A DNA stretch of 59,952 nt from assembly GCA_028291455.1 (NCBI GenBank), contig JAQGHY010000180.1, forward strand, positions 1-59,952, read 5' to 3'. This document shows positions 47,201 to 56,516 of the stretch, piece after piece (the first letter of the stretch is position 1; each line of letters starts with the position of its first letter). Source of the stretch: Rubritepida sp. Its GTDB lineage: Bacteria; Pseudomonadota; Alphaproteobacteria; Acetobacterales; Acetobacteraceae. A program made the translations under genes and the position numbers. The notes under the pieces were generated by a model that saw nothing but the letters and a program-made list of their open reading frames with translations, ran no database searches and was not told the DNA's origin.

Positions 47201-48903
47201 AAGAGCGGCAGCGCATCGGCCAGCGCCAGATAGGTTCCCGGCACCGCCAGGCGCAGCACCACGCGGCGCGGGCCCTCGCCGGGCGGTTGCACCACCGCGG
47301 CCTCGGTGCGCCCGCTGGCCAACGCGGCCTCGGCGAGCGCGAGGTCGGCGGCGGCCTGGGTGACGCTCTCCGTCTCGCAATAGGTGGCAGGAAAGGCATC
47401 GCGCCATTGGTCGAGCACGATGCTGGCGGCGGCCTCGCCGCGCTCCTCGACCAGCACCTCCGCCAGCCGGTCGCCGAAGCTGCGCGCGGCCTGCGCGACG
47501 GCGGCGCTCAGCGCGGCGCGATCGGGCGCGGCGGGCTTCGCCGGGTCGGTGCCGATGATGTAGTGGATGCGCGCCAGCGGTGAATCGCCGAGCTCGATAT
47601 AGAAGGCCGAGAGCCGCCCGCCATGGGCGCGGGCCAGCATCTCGCCCACACGGCTCCGCAGTCGCGTGTCGAAGCTCTCGCGCGGCAGCCAGACGATGAC
47701 CGAGACGAAGCGGCCGAAGGGATCGGGCCGGAAATACAGCGCCGGGCGCGGGCGGATCGAAAGGTCCAGCGCCTGCCGGGCGCCGGCCAGGATCTCCTCC
47801 TCCTTGGCCTGGAACAGCTCGTCGCGCGGCCAGGTGTCCAGGATGTTGCGCAGCGCGCGCCCGTCATGGCTCGTGGGGGTGACGCCGGCGGCGGCGAGGA
47901 TGCTCTCCACCTTGGCCGAAAGCAGCGGGATGGAGCGCGGATTGCGGTTGTAGGCGGCGGCGGCGAAGAGGCCGAGGAACAGCCGCACCCCCGTCACATG
48001 CCCTTGGGCGTCGGTGATGCGCGTCGCGATCACATCGGCGTGCTGCGGACGGTGCACGGTGCTGCGCATATTCGCCTTGGCGACCGTGATCGCCGCGTTT
48101 TCCAGCAGTGCGGCGCGCAGGCGCGGGTTGAGCTCGGGCAGCCTGGCCAGCGCGTCGAAGACCGGCACCGAGCCGTCGCGCAGGAGGCCCAGATTCTCCT
48201 CCGTGACCACGCGCGCCCCGTCGCCCTCCAGCACCAGGCGCCGATGGCCGAGCAGCACGAAGTTGTCGTGGCGCATCCAGGTGAGGAATTCCCGCGCCTG
48301 GCCCTCGCCCGCGATCTCGTCATTGGCCTTGTCCAACATCAGCATCATCGCGGGGAAGTCGCCGGTGGCGACGCGGACATCGGCCAGCGCGCGGCGCAGC
48401 GCCTTCTCGACATCCGGCCAGCCGCCCGCGCTCATGCCGGGCAGCAGGTTCCCGGCGCCGGCGCCGATGGTCACGCGCATCAGGCTCTCGCGCGGGCCCT
48501 CGCCGAACGCGGTCAGCGCGCCGGTGTCGCTGCGCGTCACGGAAACGATGGGGTGGAGGAACTCGCGGACGACGCGGCCCTGGCGGGTGAGGGCGGTCAG
48601 CACGCTGTCCACCAGGAAGGGCATGTCGTCGGTGACGATTTCCGCCACGCCATGCGAGCCGCGGCCCGAGGCCGGCGGCAGCAGCCGCAGCTTTATCTCG
48701 CCCGGCCCGCGTTGCGCGGCCAAGGCGGCCAGGGAGGTCGCCGCCTCACCAAGGGATTCCGGCGCCCGGGTGGCCAGCTCCCCCACCGGAAGCTGGGAAT
48801 AGAGGCGCGGCAGCAGGGCGGCGGCCATGGGCTGCAGGCCGGTGGCCGCGGCACGCAGGACCTCTTCCCTCACCGTGTCGGTGGGCAGTGGAGCTTCGGG
48901 CAT
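44278..48903 (-). CDS. gdhB: Large NAD-specific glutamate dehydrogenase
   Basis: DDMPFLVDS, ARGGIRWSDRREDFRTE, KNVVIVPTGAKGGF, DKGTATFSD, GVGDMSGDVFGNG; start MPEAP after GGAGG. Confidence 0.93.
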   Translation of the reverse strand: MPEAPLPTDTVREEVLRAAATGLQPMAAALLPRLYSQLPVGELATRAPESLGEAATSLAALAAQRGPGEIKLRLLPPASGRGSHGVAEIVTDDMPFLVDSVLTALTRQGRVVREFLHPIVSVTRSDTGALTAFGEGPRESLMRVTIGAGAGNLLPGMSAGGWPDVEKALRRALADVRVATGDFPAMMLMLDKANDEIAGEGQAREFLTWMRHDNFVLLGHRRLVLEGDGARVVTEENLGLLRDGSVPVFDALARLPELNPRLRAALLENAAITVAKANMRSTVHRPQHADVIATRITDAQGHVTGVRLFLGLFAAAAYNRNPRSIPLLSAKVESILAAAGVTPTSHDGRALRNILDTWPRDELFQAKEEEILAGARQALDLSIRPRPALYFRPDPFGRFVSVIVWLPRESFDTRLRSRVGEMLARAHGGRLSAFYIELGDSPLARIHYIIGTDPAKPAAPDRAALSAAVAQAARSFGDRLAEVLVEERGEAAASIVLDQWRDAFPATYCETESVTQAAADLALAEAALASGRTEAAVVQPPGEGPRRVVLRLAVPGTYLALADALPLFDSLDLRAIEEVPHRLSPAGAPQISLHAFALDAGSDLVPERAPALLEALEALIAGEAEADGFNRLVLRAGLDWRECWLLRSMYRWLKQVGFPFSQESVTAALAATPEAARLLADMFHKRFDPKVADRDESALDAAWTAMLDKVADPDTDRILQRMRVVLDAMLRTNFYQRKPYIAFKLDSAIAGDMPNPRPWREIFVHGVTMEGCHLRAGPVARGGIRWSDRREDFRTEILSLMKAQRLKNVVIVPTGAKGGFVLKGVIPTEREAFQATGIAAYRTLVRAMLDLADNLNGMEVVTPADIVRRDGDDPYIVAAADKGTATFSDIANALSADYHFWLDDAFASGGSAGYDHKVMGITARGAWVMIERHFSEALGRSIHDAPFTVAGVGDMSGDVFGNGLLISKQTKLLAAFDHRHIFLDPDPDPAASFAERARLFALPRSSWADYDAKLISAGGGVFARNLKTIPLSGAAQAMLGIKAERAEPAAILKAILRMEADLLYFGGIGTYVKASTESQAEAGDRANDAIRIDGREVRAKVVGEGANLAVTQAGRIEAARAGARINTDALDNSAGVSTSDHEVNIKILLADAEAEGVMTRRQRDELLVSMTDEVAALVLRDNELQSVAVSLEVRAGAAALPAQAALMARLEAEGLLDRALAGLPDPAAMAARANKGEGLTRPEVAALLPFAKLWLGEAVVDSALPDDPAFAPLLHEYFPTALRAANFSRFVARHRLRRDLVATALANMVANRLGCAGLARLVAEAGPAEVVGAVWLASELFGLEARFEAAEAAPAEPRLAAQAVLRELLEAAAVEVMAPAKSGLQAAIKTLGGGISSLTASEVGETGDADPNGLPRDVAGFVAAAPRLAAAPSVVMLANSSGAEPAAAAKAWADVGAFFHLDALANAARRMPATGPYGDRARASLLADLRVTQARLAAARLAGKTAEDGAMEGIRKLVREAATQGDFAAVTVAARALATLP

Positions 48904-48993
48904 GGCGTCCTCCATCTTTGGCGGCAGTCTCCGCCGGGCGTACCAGTGGGTGCAAGCGTGGCGTGCCGCAACGTCTTGCGCTAGCGTGCCTGT

Positions 48994-50223
48994 ATGACGA
49001 TGACGCTTGCCCAGCTGCTCGCGCCGATGAGCGTCGAGCAATTCTTTGCCGAACACCACGACAAGTCTCCCTTGCACCTCAAGGGAGACGCGGGGAAGTT
49101 CGCCGCCGTGCTGTCCTGGCGGCAGATCAACCGCCTGCTGGACATGACGCATGCATGGTCCAGCCACTCGCTCCAGATGGTGCTGGACGGCAAGCCGATC
49201 CCGCCCGAGCAGTATTGTATCCGTGCAACCGGACGCGACGCCAATACGCAGCTCATGCAGCCGGTCTCCGCCCGCGTGCGGGAATGGGTGGCCAAGGGCG
49301 CCAGCATCGTCATGAACGACGTGGACAGCCTGACGCCGGGGCTGGCCTCGGTTTCCTCGGCGATCGAGGGCGCCGGGCTGGGGAAGGCGCAGGCCAACGT
49401 CTATATATCCTGGCAGAGCCACAAGGCCTTCCATGCCCATTACGACACGCATGAGGTCTGGGCCGTCCAGGTCGAGGGCGAGAAGTACTGGAACATCTGG
49501 GAGGGCCGCGCCGAATGGCCGATTAGCCACCCGGTCTTCCGCTCGCAGACCCAGGAGCAGCACGAGCAGGCCAAGGGCAAGCTCCGCGCCAAGATCCTGA
49601 TGAAGCCGGGCGACCTGCTCTACCTGCCGCGCGGCTGGTACCATGACGCGCTGGCCGAAGCGCCCGCGAGCGTCCATGTCGCCTATGGCGCCCATGCGCC
49701 GAACGGCATGGACCTCATGACCATCCTGGCGGAGCGCGCACTCTACGAGGTGAGCTTCCGCCAGGCTTTGCCGCGCCAGGATGGAACTTCGGCCGCCCGC
49801 TTCGCGTTGACGCAACGCGCGGGCCAGCTCGGCCTGCGGATCGCCGAGCTCTGCAAGGACCCGAAGGTGATGGAAGTCCTGGAACGCTTCGTGGCCGATT
49901 ACCGCTTCCAGCGCGGCGGCAACGACCTGATGGCCTGGCGTGGCCTCGCGCCGCCTTCCGTCGATACCGAGGACTCATCTGGCGATGCCAGCACGTTCCG
50001 CATCGTGGCCGGTGGTGCCAAGCCGGTCCGGCGCGGCGCGGAATGGGTGCTGAAGACACCCTCAGGCACGCTTTCTCTTACCCCTGCCGAAGCCGAGGCC
50101 GCGCAGTGGCTGCTGGCCCGGCCCGACATTACGGAGGCCGAGTTGCAAAAGGCGCACCCCCAGGCCGGAGCCCCGGCGCTGCTCGCAAAGCTGCGGGACG
50201 CCGCGCTGCTGGTCGCCACGTGA
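48994..50223 (+). CDS. JmjC/cupin_4 2-oxoglutarate oxygenase (RoxA-like)
   Basis: ANVYIS, HYD..V..VQ..G.K.W, PGDLLYLPRGWYH (HxD...H triad). Confidence 0.85.
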   Translation: MTMTLAQLLAPMSVEQFFAEHHDKSPLHLKGDAGKFAAVLSWRQINRLLDMTHAWSSHSLQMVLDGKPIPPEQYCIRATGRDANTQLMQPVSARVREWVAKGASIVMNDVDSLTPGLASVSSAIEGAGLGKAQANVYISWQSHKAFHAHYDTHEVWAVQVEGEKYWNIWEGRAEWPISHPVFRSQTQEQHEQAKGKLRAKILMKPGDLLYLPRGWYHDALAEAPASVHVAYGAHAPNGMDLMTILAERALYEVSFRQALPRQDGTSAARFALTQRAGQLGLRIAELCKDPKVMEVLERFVADYRFQRGGNDLMAWRGLAPPSVDTEDSSGDASTFRIVAGGAKPVRRGAEWVLKTPSGTLSLTPAEAEAAQWLLARPDITEAELQKAHPQAGAPALLAKLRDAALLVAT

Positions 50224-50657
50224 GACGCCTCGTTCTCGGGCTTCCGCTCCTCCTGGCGAGCCTTCCGGTCACGAGCTCACCGGCATGGGCCCAGCCTCGC
50301 CCCTTCAATTGCATCGGCGCCGAGCGGCTGCGGGAGGACGTGGCCGTCGTCACCTTCGCGCGCGGGGCCGACCGCGTCGCGCCGGAGGCTGTCGCCGTGA
50401 TGCAACCGCTCGCCGTGCTGGCGCGCGAGGCGCCGGCGCGCAATTTCTGCGTCCTGGGCTTCGCCTCCAGCAATGAGGGCGGCGCCCAGAGCGGCAGCCG
50501 CCTCGCGGCCCGCCGCGCCCGCGCGGTCGGGCTCGAACTGGCCAAGATGGGCATCGAACGCGATCGCGTCCGGGCCGAGGCTCGCATCCGTGGCTTCGCC
50601 AGCACCGGCGTGGACCGCCGCGCCGGGGCACGCATCGTGCTGCTTCCGGTCCAGTGA
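50220..50657 (+). CDS. OmpA-like domain secreted protein
   Basis: GTGA overlap; signal peptide; F..G...V, V.GFAS, LAARRA.AV..EL...GI. Confidence 0.7.
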   Translation: MRRLVLGLPLLLASLPVTSSPAWAQPRPFNCIGAERLREDVAVVTFARGADRVAPEAVAVMQPLAVLAREAPARNFCVLGFASSNEGGAQSGSRLAARRARAVGLELAKMGIERDRVRAEARIRGFASTGVDRRAGARIVLLPVQ

Positions 50658-50679
50658 ACAAAAACCTGTGAGGTTTCGC

Positions 50680-51795
50680 ATGCGTCGCACGCTTCTCGCT
50701 TTGTTGCTGCTGTCCACGCCCGCTTTCGCCCAGAAGCAGCCTCAGCCCCAGCCCGGTCCTTCGCGGCCAGCGCCGGCCGAGCGGAACATCGTGCTCCGCA
50801 ACAACTCGCAGAGCGTCATCCGCGAGGTCTATCTGTGGGAGACCTCGGCGCGGGCCGAAGGTCCGGACCGCCTCGGCGCCGACGTCGTCCGGCCCAACAG
50901 CACCTTCCGCGTCAACCTCGGCCGCGTCGGCTGCCAGTTCCGGCTGCGGGCCGTCTTCGAGGACGGCGGCGTGGAAACCCGGGCAGTCGATGTCTGCCGG
51001 ACCCAGGAGCTGGTGCTGGACGACCGCAACACCCGGCCCCTCGATGTCGCTAACAACACCGATACGGAGCTGATGCAGCTTTTCCTGTCACGGCCCGGCA
51101 CCATCGGGCCGGACCGGCTGGGCGCCGCCACCGTCCCGGGCAATGACAGCCTGCGCATCCGCCTGCGCGGCGAGACCGCCTGCGAGTTCGACGCCCGCGC
51201 CGTCTTCCGCGGCAACCGCGAGGAGACGCGGGCGAACGTGAACATTTGCACGACGCCGAACATCGCCTTCGGCGACGCTTCGATCCCACTGCGCGAAGTC
51301 ACCGTGGCAAACCGCAGCAGCCGCGTCCTGCGCGAACTCTTCGCGGCAGCTGGGCCGGGCGAATGGGGCGCCGACCGGCTGGGCACGACGGTTCTCAACC
51401 CCGGCCAGAGCTTTCTGCTGCGCACGCGCAGCCAGGAATGCCGCATGAGGATGCGCGCCGTCTTCGCCGATAACCGCGCGCTGGAGCAGCCGGACGTGGA
51501 TATCTGCGCGGGACGGGAGGTCGTCTTCTCGACCGCGCGGCGCGTCACGCTGGTGCAGAGCAATGCCCGCGCCGTCCGCGAGGCCTACCTGTCCCCGGTG
51601 ACGGAGAACGACTGGGGCGCGAACCTGCTCGCCACGCCGTTGCCGCGGGGCGAGCGGCGTGAGATCGGCACCGATGGCGACTGCCAGGCGGACCTGCGGA
51701 TCGTCTTCGACAACGGCAATGCGGAAGAGGCTCGCAACCTGAATATCTGCGAGCGTACCGAGATCGAACTGAAGCCCGGCTGGATCACCGACTGA
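50680..51795 (+). CDS. Secreted protein with four tandem Cys-pair beta domains
   Basis: Signal peptide; four repeats of N.S...E.Y/F...G.D/N.L.......C...R.VF......C. Confidence 0.75.
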   Translation: MRRTLLALLLLSTPAFAQKQPQPQPGPSRPAPAERNIVLRNNSQSVIREVYLWETSARAEGPDRLGADVVRPNSTFRVNLGRVGCQFRLRAVFEDGGVETRAVDVCRTQELVLDDRNTRPLDVANNTDTELMQLFLSRPGTIGPDRLGAATVPGNDSLRIRLRGETACEFDARAVFRGNREETRANVNICTTPNIAFGDASIPLREVTVANRSSRVLRELFAAAGPGEWGADRLGTTVLNPGQSFLLRTRSQECRMRMRAVFADNRALEQPDVDICAGREVVFSTARRVTLVQSNARAVREAYLSPVTENDWGANLLATPLPRGERREIGTDGDCQADLRIVFDNGNAEEARNLNICERTEIELKPGWITD

Positions 51796-53374
51796 CGCTG
51801 GTAGCCGTTACCGCGGGCGAGAACTCCATCGCCCGCGTTTGCTCCTGAAGGCGCGGCGCATAGGCGATGTTCGGCTTGGTCGCCCAGATGTTCACCTGAT
51901 GGTGCAAGGGGATCACCGCGAGGTCCCGCTGGATCGAGTCGCGGATCACCTCCTGGTACAGGGCCTCGCGCTGCTGCGTCGGGATGGTGGCCAGCGCGCG
52001 GTCGATCAGCGCGTCGACCGCCGGGTTCGTATAGTGCGAGGGGCGAAGCGCCGAACCGCGGCCGCGCGGCGGGTCGGGCGTGGCGGACATCACCGTGAGC
52101 GAAGTATCCGCCTCGCCCGTCGAGGAGGACCAGCCGGTCAGGCTGACCGTATATTCGTCACGCAGGCCGCGGCTGAAGAACATGCTGGCCGGCATGGCCG
52201 CGACCTCGGTCCGGACACCGATGCGCGACCACATCTGCGCGATGGCCTGGATGATCTCGCCGTCGTTCACGTAGCGATCGTTCGGGCCGTTGAGAGTGAT
52301 GCGGAAGCCCTGGGGATAGCCAGCCTCGGCGAGCAGGCGTCGCGCGCCCTCGACGTCATAGGCCGGCACCGGGATCGAGGGATCGTAGCCGAGCGCGCCC
52401 TGCGGCATGAGTTGGCCGGTCGGCACCGCGAAGCCCTCCATGAGCTGGCGCGTCATCCCCTCGCGGTTGATCGCCATGGAAAGCGCCCGGCGGACCCGCA
52501 CGTCGGACAAAGGGTTCACCGTCAGCGGCCGGCCCTGATTGTCGGTGACGAAGGGCGTGATGGGGCGGTTCACGTCCACATAGAGATAAATGAGCCGCAG
52601 GCCCGGCCGCTCGGTCACGCGCACGCGGCCTTCGCGGCGGAGCGACGCCACGTCGCGCGTGGGGACCGCGTCGATCGCATCCACGTCGCCCGCACGCAGC
52701 GCCGCCACGCGGGAGCTGTCGTTGGGGATCATGCGATAATTCACGCGCTCCCACGGCTGGGTCGGACCCCACCAGTTCGGGTTCCGCGTGAAGGCGGCGC
52801 GGTCGCCCGGCGTATAGTTGACGAAGCGGTAGGGCCCGGTGCCGACGGCGGCGCGCCCGCTGTTGTAGTCGCTGGTCTGCGCGTTGGTGCCGTGCCGGCG
52901 AGAGACGATGGTGAAGGCCGCCATCATCATCGGCATCAGCGGGACCGGGGCGGCCGTGTGCAGGCGGATGGTGAAGTCGTCCACCACCTCCAGCCGGCTG
53001 ATGATCTGCGTGTAGCGCGCCATGGAGGAGGGGCTGTTGGGCACCGTCGGGACGCGCGAATAGGTGAAGACCACGTCGTCGGCGGTGAAGGGGCTGCCGT
53101 CATGCCAGGTCACGCCGCGGCGCAGCTTCACCTCCCAGAGATTGTCGCCCAGCGCTTCCCAGGACACGGCGAGGCCGGGCGTGGGACGGACCTGGGCATC
53201 CGCCTGCACCAGCGGCTCGAAGATGTGCTGCGTCAGTGCATGGTTGGGCGAGAGATCGTGATAATGCGGATCCATCGAGGTGAAGGCGCCGCCGACGGCG
53301 ATGTTGATGTCGGCCGCGGCGGCGGGAAAGGCGAGGGTGCAGCCCAGGGCAGCGGCGATGGCGGCGAGGCGCAT
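51785..53374 (-). CDS. ABC transporter substrate-binding protein, family 5
   Basis: SMDPH, PGLAVSW, LRRGV.WHDGSPFTADDV, GTGPY, D.RVRRALS.AINR. Confidence 0.92.
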   Translation of the reverse strand: MRLAAIAAALGCTLAFPAAAADINIAVGGAFTSMDPHYHDLSPNHALTQHIFEPLVQADAQVRPTPGLAVSWEALGDNLWEVKLRRGVTWHDGSPFTADDVVFTYSRVPTVPNSPSSMARYTQIISRLEVVDDFTIRLHTAAPVPLMPMMMAAFTIVSRRHGTNAQTSDYNSGRAAVGTGPYRFVNYTPGDRAAFTRNPNWWGPTQPWERVNYRMIPNDSSRVAALRAGDVDAIDAVPTRDVASLRREGRVRVTERPGLRLIYLYVDVNRPITPFVTDNQGRPLTVNPLSDVRVRRALSMAINREGMTRQLMEGFAVPTGQLMPQGALGYDPSIPVPAYDVEGARRLLAEAGYPQGFRITLNGPNDRYVNDGEIIQAIAQMWSRIGVRTEVAAMPASMFFSRGLRDEYTVSLTGWSSSTGEADTSLTVMSATPDPPRGRGSALRPSHYTNPAVDALIDRALATIPTQQREALYQEVIRDSIQRDLAVIPLHHQVNIWATKPNIAYAPRLQEQTRAMEFSPAVTATSVSR

Positions 53375-53497
53375 TCACGGATCCTTCTCTCGGAAGGAAC
53401 GCAGGCTGCCCTCTGCCGCCTCGGCGGAGCAAGGAAAATGGGACCTGAACCCGCACGGCTCTGCGGCAGCGCGACCGGTAATCCAATGACGGAGGGC

Positions 53498-53583
53498 TGG
53501 TGCGGGCCGCGGGACTCGAACCCGCACAGCCTTGCGGCCGAGGGATTTTAAGTCCCTTCCGTCTACCATTCCGGCAGGCCCGC
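53498..53583 (-). tRNA. tRNA-Leu (anticodon TAA)
   Basis: 86 nt, GCGGGCC/GGCCCGC acceptor, AGGGA-CTTAAAA-TCCCT, long variable arm, TTCGAGT loop, CCA. Confidence 0.96.
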
Positions 53584-53625
53584 GCCGGGCGGATCATGCA
53601 ATCGGCGGCCGGATCGCGAAAGACC

Positions 53626-54219
53626 CTAGCCGTGCAGCACGCCGGTATCGCGCAGATACGCCAGCAGCGGCAGCAAGGGCAGCCCCAGGATGGCACTGTG
53701 CTCGCCACGAATGTCGCGCATGAGCTGCACGCCCATGCCCTCCAGCCGGTAGGCGCCGACGCTCGAGGTCACATGCGCGCCCTCCCGCGCCAGATACTCG
53801 TCCAGGAAAGCCTCGGAGAAGTCGCGCATCACCAGGCGCGGCGTCGCCATGTGGTGCCAGCTGCGCTGGCCGCCGCGCCAAACCACCACCGCCGTCATCA
53901 GCTCATGCGCGCGGTTGCGCAGCCGGTGCAGATGCGCGCGCGCCGCGGTGAGATCGACCGGCTTGTCGAACCATTCCCCCTCGCAGACCAGCAGCTGGTC
54001 GGCGCCAATGACGGTCGCGTCCGGATGGCGGCGGGCGATGCGCGCGGCCTTGGCATCGGCGAGGAGGATGGCGGTGTCGGCGGCGGAGACGCCCTCCGCC
54101 TTCGCGCTTTCCTTGATCGTCGCCTCGTCCACCGAGGCGGACATCGCCTCGAACTCCACGCCCGCGCCTTCGAGCAGCGCCCGCCGCGCCAGGCTTTGCG
54201 AGGCGAGGATCAGCCTCAA
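53626..54219 (-). CDS. maf: Maf nucleoside triphosphate pyrophosphatase
   Basis: LILASQS..RR.LL, VIGADQ, KP, GAY.LEG, ILGLPL. Confidence 0.92.
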   Translation of the reverse strand: MRLILASQSLARRALLEGAGVEFEAMSASVDEATIKESAKAEGVSAADTAILLADAKAARIARRHPDATVIGADQLLVCEGEWFDKPVDLTAARAHLHRLRNRAHELMTAVVVWRGGQRSWHHMATPRLVMRDFSEAFLDEYLAREGAHVTSSVGAYRLEGMGVQLMRDIRGEHSAILGLPLLPLLAYLRDTGVLHG

Positions 54220-54229
54220 CGGCCCGGCC

Positions 54230-55120
54230 TCAACGTCTGGGCCCGAGGATGGTCGTGGCCGGATCCAGCGGCTGGGCGGTCGCCTGCCTGCCCTGTTTCA
54301 GGTGCCACAGGTCGACCTGCTGCATGACCGTCGCCGCCGTCTCCTCGATGCTGCGGCGGGTGACGTCGATCACCGGCCATCCCCGCGCCGCACAGAGCCG
54401 CCGCCCGGCTAGGATCTCCTTCTTCACCGCTTCGGGATCGACATATTCGTTCTCGCCCACCCGAACCCCCTCGGCGCCGATGATCTTTAGCCGGTGCCGC
54501 CGGATATCGAGCAAGGCGACGGGGTCGATGGTCAGGCCCACGACCGGGCAGGGCGGGTTGTCCAGCTCGGGCGGCAGCGGCGCGCCGGGAACCAGCGGGA
54601 TATTGGCCGCCTTCACACCGCGATTGGCGAGGTAGAAGCAGGTGGGCGTCTTGCTGCTGCGGGAGACGCCGACGAGCACGACATCGGCATTGGCGATACC
54701 GGCCGTGCCCTGGCCGTCGTCATGGCTCAGCACGTAGTGCATGGCGTCGATGCGGCGGAAGTAGTCGGCGTCCATGACATGCTGTGCCGCGCGTTTTTCC
54801 GTCGCGCGGGCGCCGATCTCGGTCTGCAGCAACTCCATCACGCTATCGAGCGCGGAGATGAAGGGCACGCCGACGCGCCCGCAGGTCTCCTCCAGCGTGT
54901 GGCGCAGGCTGCGGTCGACCAGGGTGAAGATGACGGGGCCGGGCTCCTGCTCGATGCCCTCGATGACGCGGTCGAGATTCATGCGCGAGCGGACCAGGAA
55001 CCAGCGGTGCTGCACCACGCCGGGGTCGTCGAAGCGCGAGAGGGCGGCGCGGGCGATGCTGTTCAGCGTCTCGCCCGTGCTGTCCGAGACCAGGTGCAGG
55101 TTGGTGTTGCGGGGTGCCAT
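54230..55120 (-). CDS. Pyruvate, phosphate/water dikinase regulatory protein (DUF299)
   Basis: [41 protein letters not shown]. Confidence 0.93.
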   Translation of the reverse strand: MAPRNTNLHLVSDSTGETLNSIARAALSRFDDPGVVQHRWFLVRSRMNLDRVIEGIEQEPGPVIFTLVDRSLRHTLEETCGRVGVPFISALDSVMELLQTEIGARATEKRAAQHVMDADYFRRIDAMHYVLSHDDGQGTAGIANADVVLVGVSRSSKTPTCFYLANRGVKAANIPLVPGAPLPPELDNPPCPVVGLTIDPVALLDIRRHRLKIIGAEGVRVGENEYVDPEAVKKEILAGRRLCAARGWPVIDVTRRSIEETAATVMQQVDLWHLKQGRQATAQPLDPATTILGPRR

Positions 55121-55426
55121 CGGAGCTGTGGATCACTTTGCTGGGAGTTTGGGGATAGTGGGGATGAAATGCCCTGGCCAGCAATCGCCAACCCGTCAGC
55201 GGGGATAAGGCGAACATTTCCGGCGCGGCTGTATGGATCGGCGGCAGGCATGCACCGATCCGGGACAATCGCTTCTAAGCCTTGCTCCAGGCCGGACAGG
55301 GCCGCGTCGATCCATCGGACAGGCCTGTGGATGGTTCGGGGAGGAAATGCGTCCCCATGATTCACACCCCCTACTACCAACCACCACCATTCTTCTTTTT
55401 CTTCTTTCTTGAGTATGGTCCCGGCC
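55121..55426. other. Chromosomal replication origin oriC (predicted)
   Basis: DUF299-hemE intergenic as in Caulobacter; DnaA-box-like 9-mers at 55127, 55150, 55159, 55200, 55326, 55358; CTA/CCA/CTT trio run 55371-55410. Confidence 0.85.
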
Positions 55427-56464
55427 ATGACAGGCAAGCCCATTCTCCAGGTGCTCTCAGGCGAGAGCGTCTGGCCTCCCCCCGTATGGCTTATGCGCCA
55501 GGCGGGGCGCCATCTGCCCGAGTACCGGGCAACGCGCGCGGTGGCCGGCAGTTTCATGGACCTGTGCCTGAACCCCGAACTGGCGGCACAGGTCACGCTG
55601 CAGCCGGTGCGCCGCTACGGCATGGATGCGGCGATCCTCTTCTCCGACATCCTGATCGTCCCCTGGGCCATGGGACAGGGGCTGACCTTCGCCGAGGGCG
55701 AGGGACCGCGCCTGCCGCCGATCCGCGACCGGGCCGATCTCGACAGGCTGGATGCCAAGGGCGCCGCCGCCCGCGCCGCGCCCATCATGAAGACCGTGCG
55801 GAGGGTCCGACTGGCCTTGGACGCCGACCACCCCCGGACCACCCTGATCGGCTTCTCAGGCGCCTTGTGGACGGTCGCCTGCTACATGCTGGAGGGCAAA
55901 GGCGGCGGCGAGTTCAAGCAGGCGCGACGGCTGATCCACGCCGACCCCGAATTCTTCGCAGCCCTGATGGCAAAGTTGGAGGAGGCGACGCTCGCCTATC
56001 TCCTGGCCCAGGCCGAGGCCGGCGCCGAAGTGCTGATGATTTTCGACAGCTGGGCCGGGCAATTGCCGCCCGAGGCTTTTCGCAAATGGGTGATCGAACC
56101 CACGGCGCGGCTGCGTGCGGCCATCAAGGCGGCCCGGCCCGACCTGCCGGTGATCGGCTTCCCCCGCCTGGCCGGTCCCATGCTCGCCGAATACGCGGCG
56201 GCGACGGGCGTGCAGGCCGTGGGCATGGATACCGCGATGGACCCCGCCTGGGCGGCGGCGAATGTCCCGGCGCGGACCGCTTTGCAGGGCAATCTCGATC
56301 CCGAGGCGCTGATCGCGGGCGGCACGGCCCTCCGCACGCAGGCCGAGGGCATCCTGGCGGCCATGAAGGGGCGGCCCTTCATCTTCAACCTTGGCCATGG
56401 GGTGGAGCAGCCGACGCCCATCGAGCACGTCATGCAATTGATGGAAATCCTGCGGGCGGCTTGA
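55427..56464 (+). CDS. hemE: Uroporphyrinogen decarboxylase
   Basis: PVWLMRQAGR.LPEYR, DAAILFSDIL, FDSWAG, LQGNLDP, IFNLGHG. Confidence 0.97.
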   Translation: MTGKPILQVLSGESVWPPPVWLMRQAGRHLPEYRATRAVAGSFMDLCLNPELAAQVTLQPVRRYGMDAAILFSDILIVPWAMGQGLTFAEGEGPRLPPIRDRADLDRLDAKGAAARAAPIMKTVRRVRLALDADHPRTTLIGFSGALWTVACYMLEGKGGGEFKQARRLIHADPEFFAALMAKLEEATLAYLLAQAEAGAEVLMIFDSWAGQLPPEAFRKWVIEPTARLRAAIKAARPDLPVIGFPRLAGPMLAEYAAATGVQAVGMDTAMDPAWAAANVPARTALQGNLDPEALIAGGTALRTQAEGILAAMKGRPFIFNLGHGVEQPTPIEHVMQLMEILRAA

Positions 56465-56516
56465 AGTCCTGGGGATTGGGGGTATGTCCCCGGTCGATTG
56501 CGAGGATGGCTCTGGT

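Noticed and set aside
48904-49815. 300 aa N-terminal extension of GDH in the ORF track
   Set aside because: Mostly antisense to the JmjC gene; a GGAGG-preceded ATG at 48903 is the better start
53498-53583. Integration at tRNA-Leu
   Set aside because: No duplicated 3' end or integrase nearby; flanks look like core genes
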